Assembly (NCBI GenBank): GCA_963790635.1
Contig: CAWBPJ010000003.1
Location: 410,823-474,822, forward strand
Reading direction: 5' to 3'
Length of the DNA stretch: 64,000 bases
Source of the DNA: an uncultured Actinomycetota bacterium
GTDB lineage: Bacteria > Actinomycetota > Thermoleophilia > Solirubrobacterales > Solirubrobacteraceae
The notes under the pieces are model-generated. The model worked only from the letters and a program-made list of their open reading frames with translations, did no database searches and had not been told where the DNA came from. The position numbers were made by a program, and so were the translations under genes. Positions within the stretch are counted from its first letter, which is position 1; every line of letters starts with the position of its first letter. This document shows, one piece after another, positions 62,989-64,000 of the stretch.

Positions 62989-63216
62989 GTGCCAGTTTCA
63001 CCGGATGAGTTGAGAGACCGCATCGAAGCGGCGATTCCCGGAACGCGCGCCGCCGTCACCGGCGACGGAGCCCATTTCGAGGCTGTCCTGGCAGGGCCTG
63101 CGTTCGCCGGACTCAGCCGGATCGCCCAGCACAAGCTCGTATACGACGTGTTCGGCGGCGAACTCGGCGACCGGATCCACGCACTCTCCATCAAGATCAC
63201 CCCAACGGAGGCCTGA
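62989..63216 (+). CDS. BolA/IbaG family protein
   Basis: Motifs GDGAHF, FAGLSRIAQHKLVY and IHALSI. Confidence 0.92.
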   Translation: MPVSPDELRDRIEAAIPGTRAAVTGDGAHFEAVLAGPAFAGLSRIAQHKLVYDVFGGELGDRIHALSIKITPTEA

Positions 63217-63608
63217 TGAGCGATACGCCCAACAACCCGATGCGCGACGCAATCCAGAGCGCGATCGCTGAGAACCCGGTGATCCTGTTCATGAAGGGTG
63301 TCCCGGAGGCGCCGGCATGCGGCTTCTCGGCCCGTACCGTGGCGGTGCTCGAGTCGATCGACCAGCCGTTCGCCGCCGTCAACATCCTGCCCGACCCGGC
63401 GATCCGCCAGGAGCTCTCGGCGCTGTCCGGGTGGCCCACGGTCCCGCAGCTGTTCGTCGACGGCGAGCTCGTCGGCGGCTGTGACATCGTGATGGAGATG
63501 TACGAGAGCGGCGAGCTTCAGCAGCTGCTCGGCAAGGACGAGGCACCGGCTGTGAGCGAGGCTGCGGCCGCTGAGGCCGCTCCGCTCCAGATCGAGAACC
63601 TGCTCTAG
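63216..63608 (+). CDS. grxD: Monothiol glutaredoxin (Grx4/GrxD)
   Basis: Motifs LFMKG.P..P.CGFS, WPTVPQL and GGCDI. Confidence 0.93.
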   Translation: MSDTPNNPMRDAIQSAIAENPVILFMKGVPEAPACGFSARTVAVLESIDQPFAAVNILPDPAIRQELSALSGWPTVPQLFVDGELVGGCDIVMEMYESGELQQLLGKDEAPAVSEAAAAEAAPLQIENLL

Positions 63609-63643
63609 CCGAGTCGAGGCTCCGGAAGCGTCGAGCCCCGGCG

Positions 63644-64000
63644 ATGCCCGTCGCGATCGTCACCGACAGCTGCCATTACCTTCCGCGTGAGCTGGCTCAG
63701 CAGCTCGCCCTGCACGAGGTCAGCCTCTACGTGCACCGCAACGGGAGCGCGGAGCGCGAGAGTCAGATCCTCGACTACGGCGCCTACTTCGAAAGCCTCG
63801 TGGCGAGCCCGGAGCTGCCGACGACCTCGCAGCCGTCGATCGGTGACTTCCTCGCCGTCTACGAGCCGCTGCTCGCTTCCGGGCACGAGATCCTGTCGTT
63901 GCATCTGTCCGGCGGTCTGTCGGGGACCGTGGGTTCGGCGCAACAGGCCCGTGAGCAGCTCGGCGAGGCAGCTGAGCGAGTGCTGGTGGTCGATTCCCAG
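63644..64000 (+). CDS. DegV family fatty-acid-binding protein (partial, runs off window)
   Basis: Translated by hand: MPVAIVTDSCHYLP...PTTSQPS.GDF...HLSGGLSGT...A...VVD. Confidence 0.88.
   Translation, partial: MPVAIVTDSCHYLPRELAQQLALHEVSLYVHRNGSAERESQILDYGAYFESLVASPELPTTSQPSIGDFLAVYEPLLASGHEILSLHLSGGLSGTVGSAQQAREQLGEAAERVLVVDSQ

Overview
High-GC actinobacterial chromosome segment. The gene set (GSIII, eukaryote-type UGPase, mIHF-like protein, DUF559, ECF42) suggests Thermoleophilia/Solirubrobacterales; this is inference. About 50 genes are present. Two clusters of frameshifts (1.3-4.5 kb and 24.5-25.6 kb) look like read/assembly indels. The flanks (1-29.3 kb and 52.1-64 kb) are mostly housekeeping: ArsA/Get3-like ATPase, MoxR+VWA, two ABC transporters, an SPT-like PLP enzyme, GSIII, UGPase, NadE, cytochrome bd, threonine aldolase, ChdC/HemQ, a PPTase, ECF42, IscA-BolA-Grx4 and DegV. 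The centre (about 29.3-52.1 kb) is an accessory glycan locus with 4 soluble glycosyltransferases, a Wzx flippase, a large polytopic membrane protein, an epimerase, a GMC oxidoreductase and two GH16 proteins. Interleaved with it is a carrier-protein assembly line: an amino acid:carrier-protein ligase (SerRS paralogue), a carrier protein, an atypical acyl-CoA dehydrogenase, an ATP-grasp ligase, an orphan EctB-type diaminobutyrate aminotransferase, a twin alpha/beta-hydrolase and a secreted esterase. This combination is the best candidate for an undescribed system, namely carrier-protein-dependent aminoacyl/peptidyl decoration of a surface polysaccharide. I saw no tRNA, rRNA, CRISPR array, integrase or transposase. 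All product calls come from motif recognition by eye; no database search was run.
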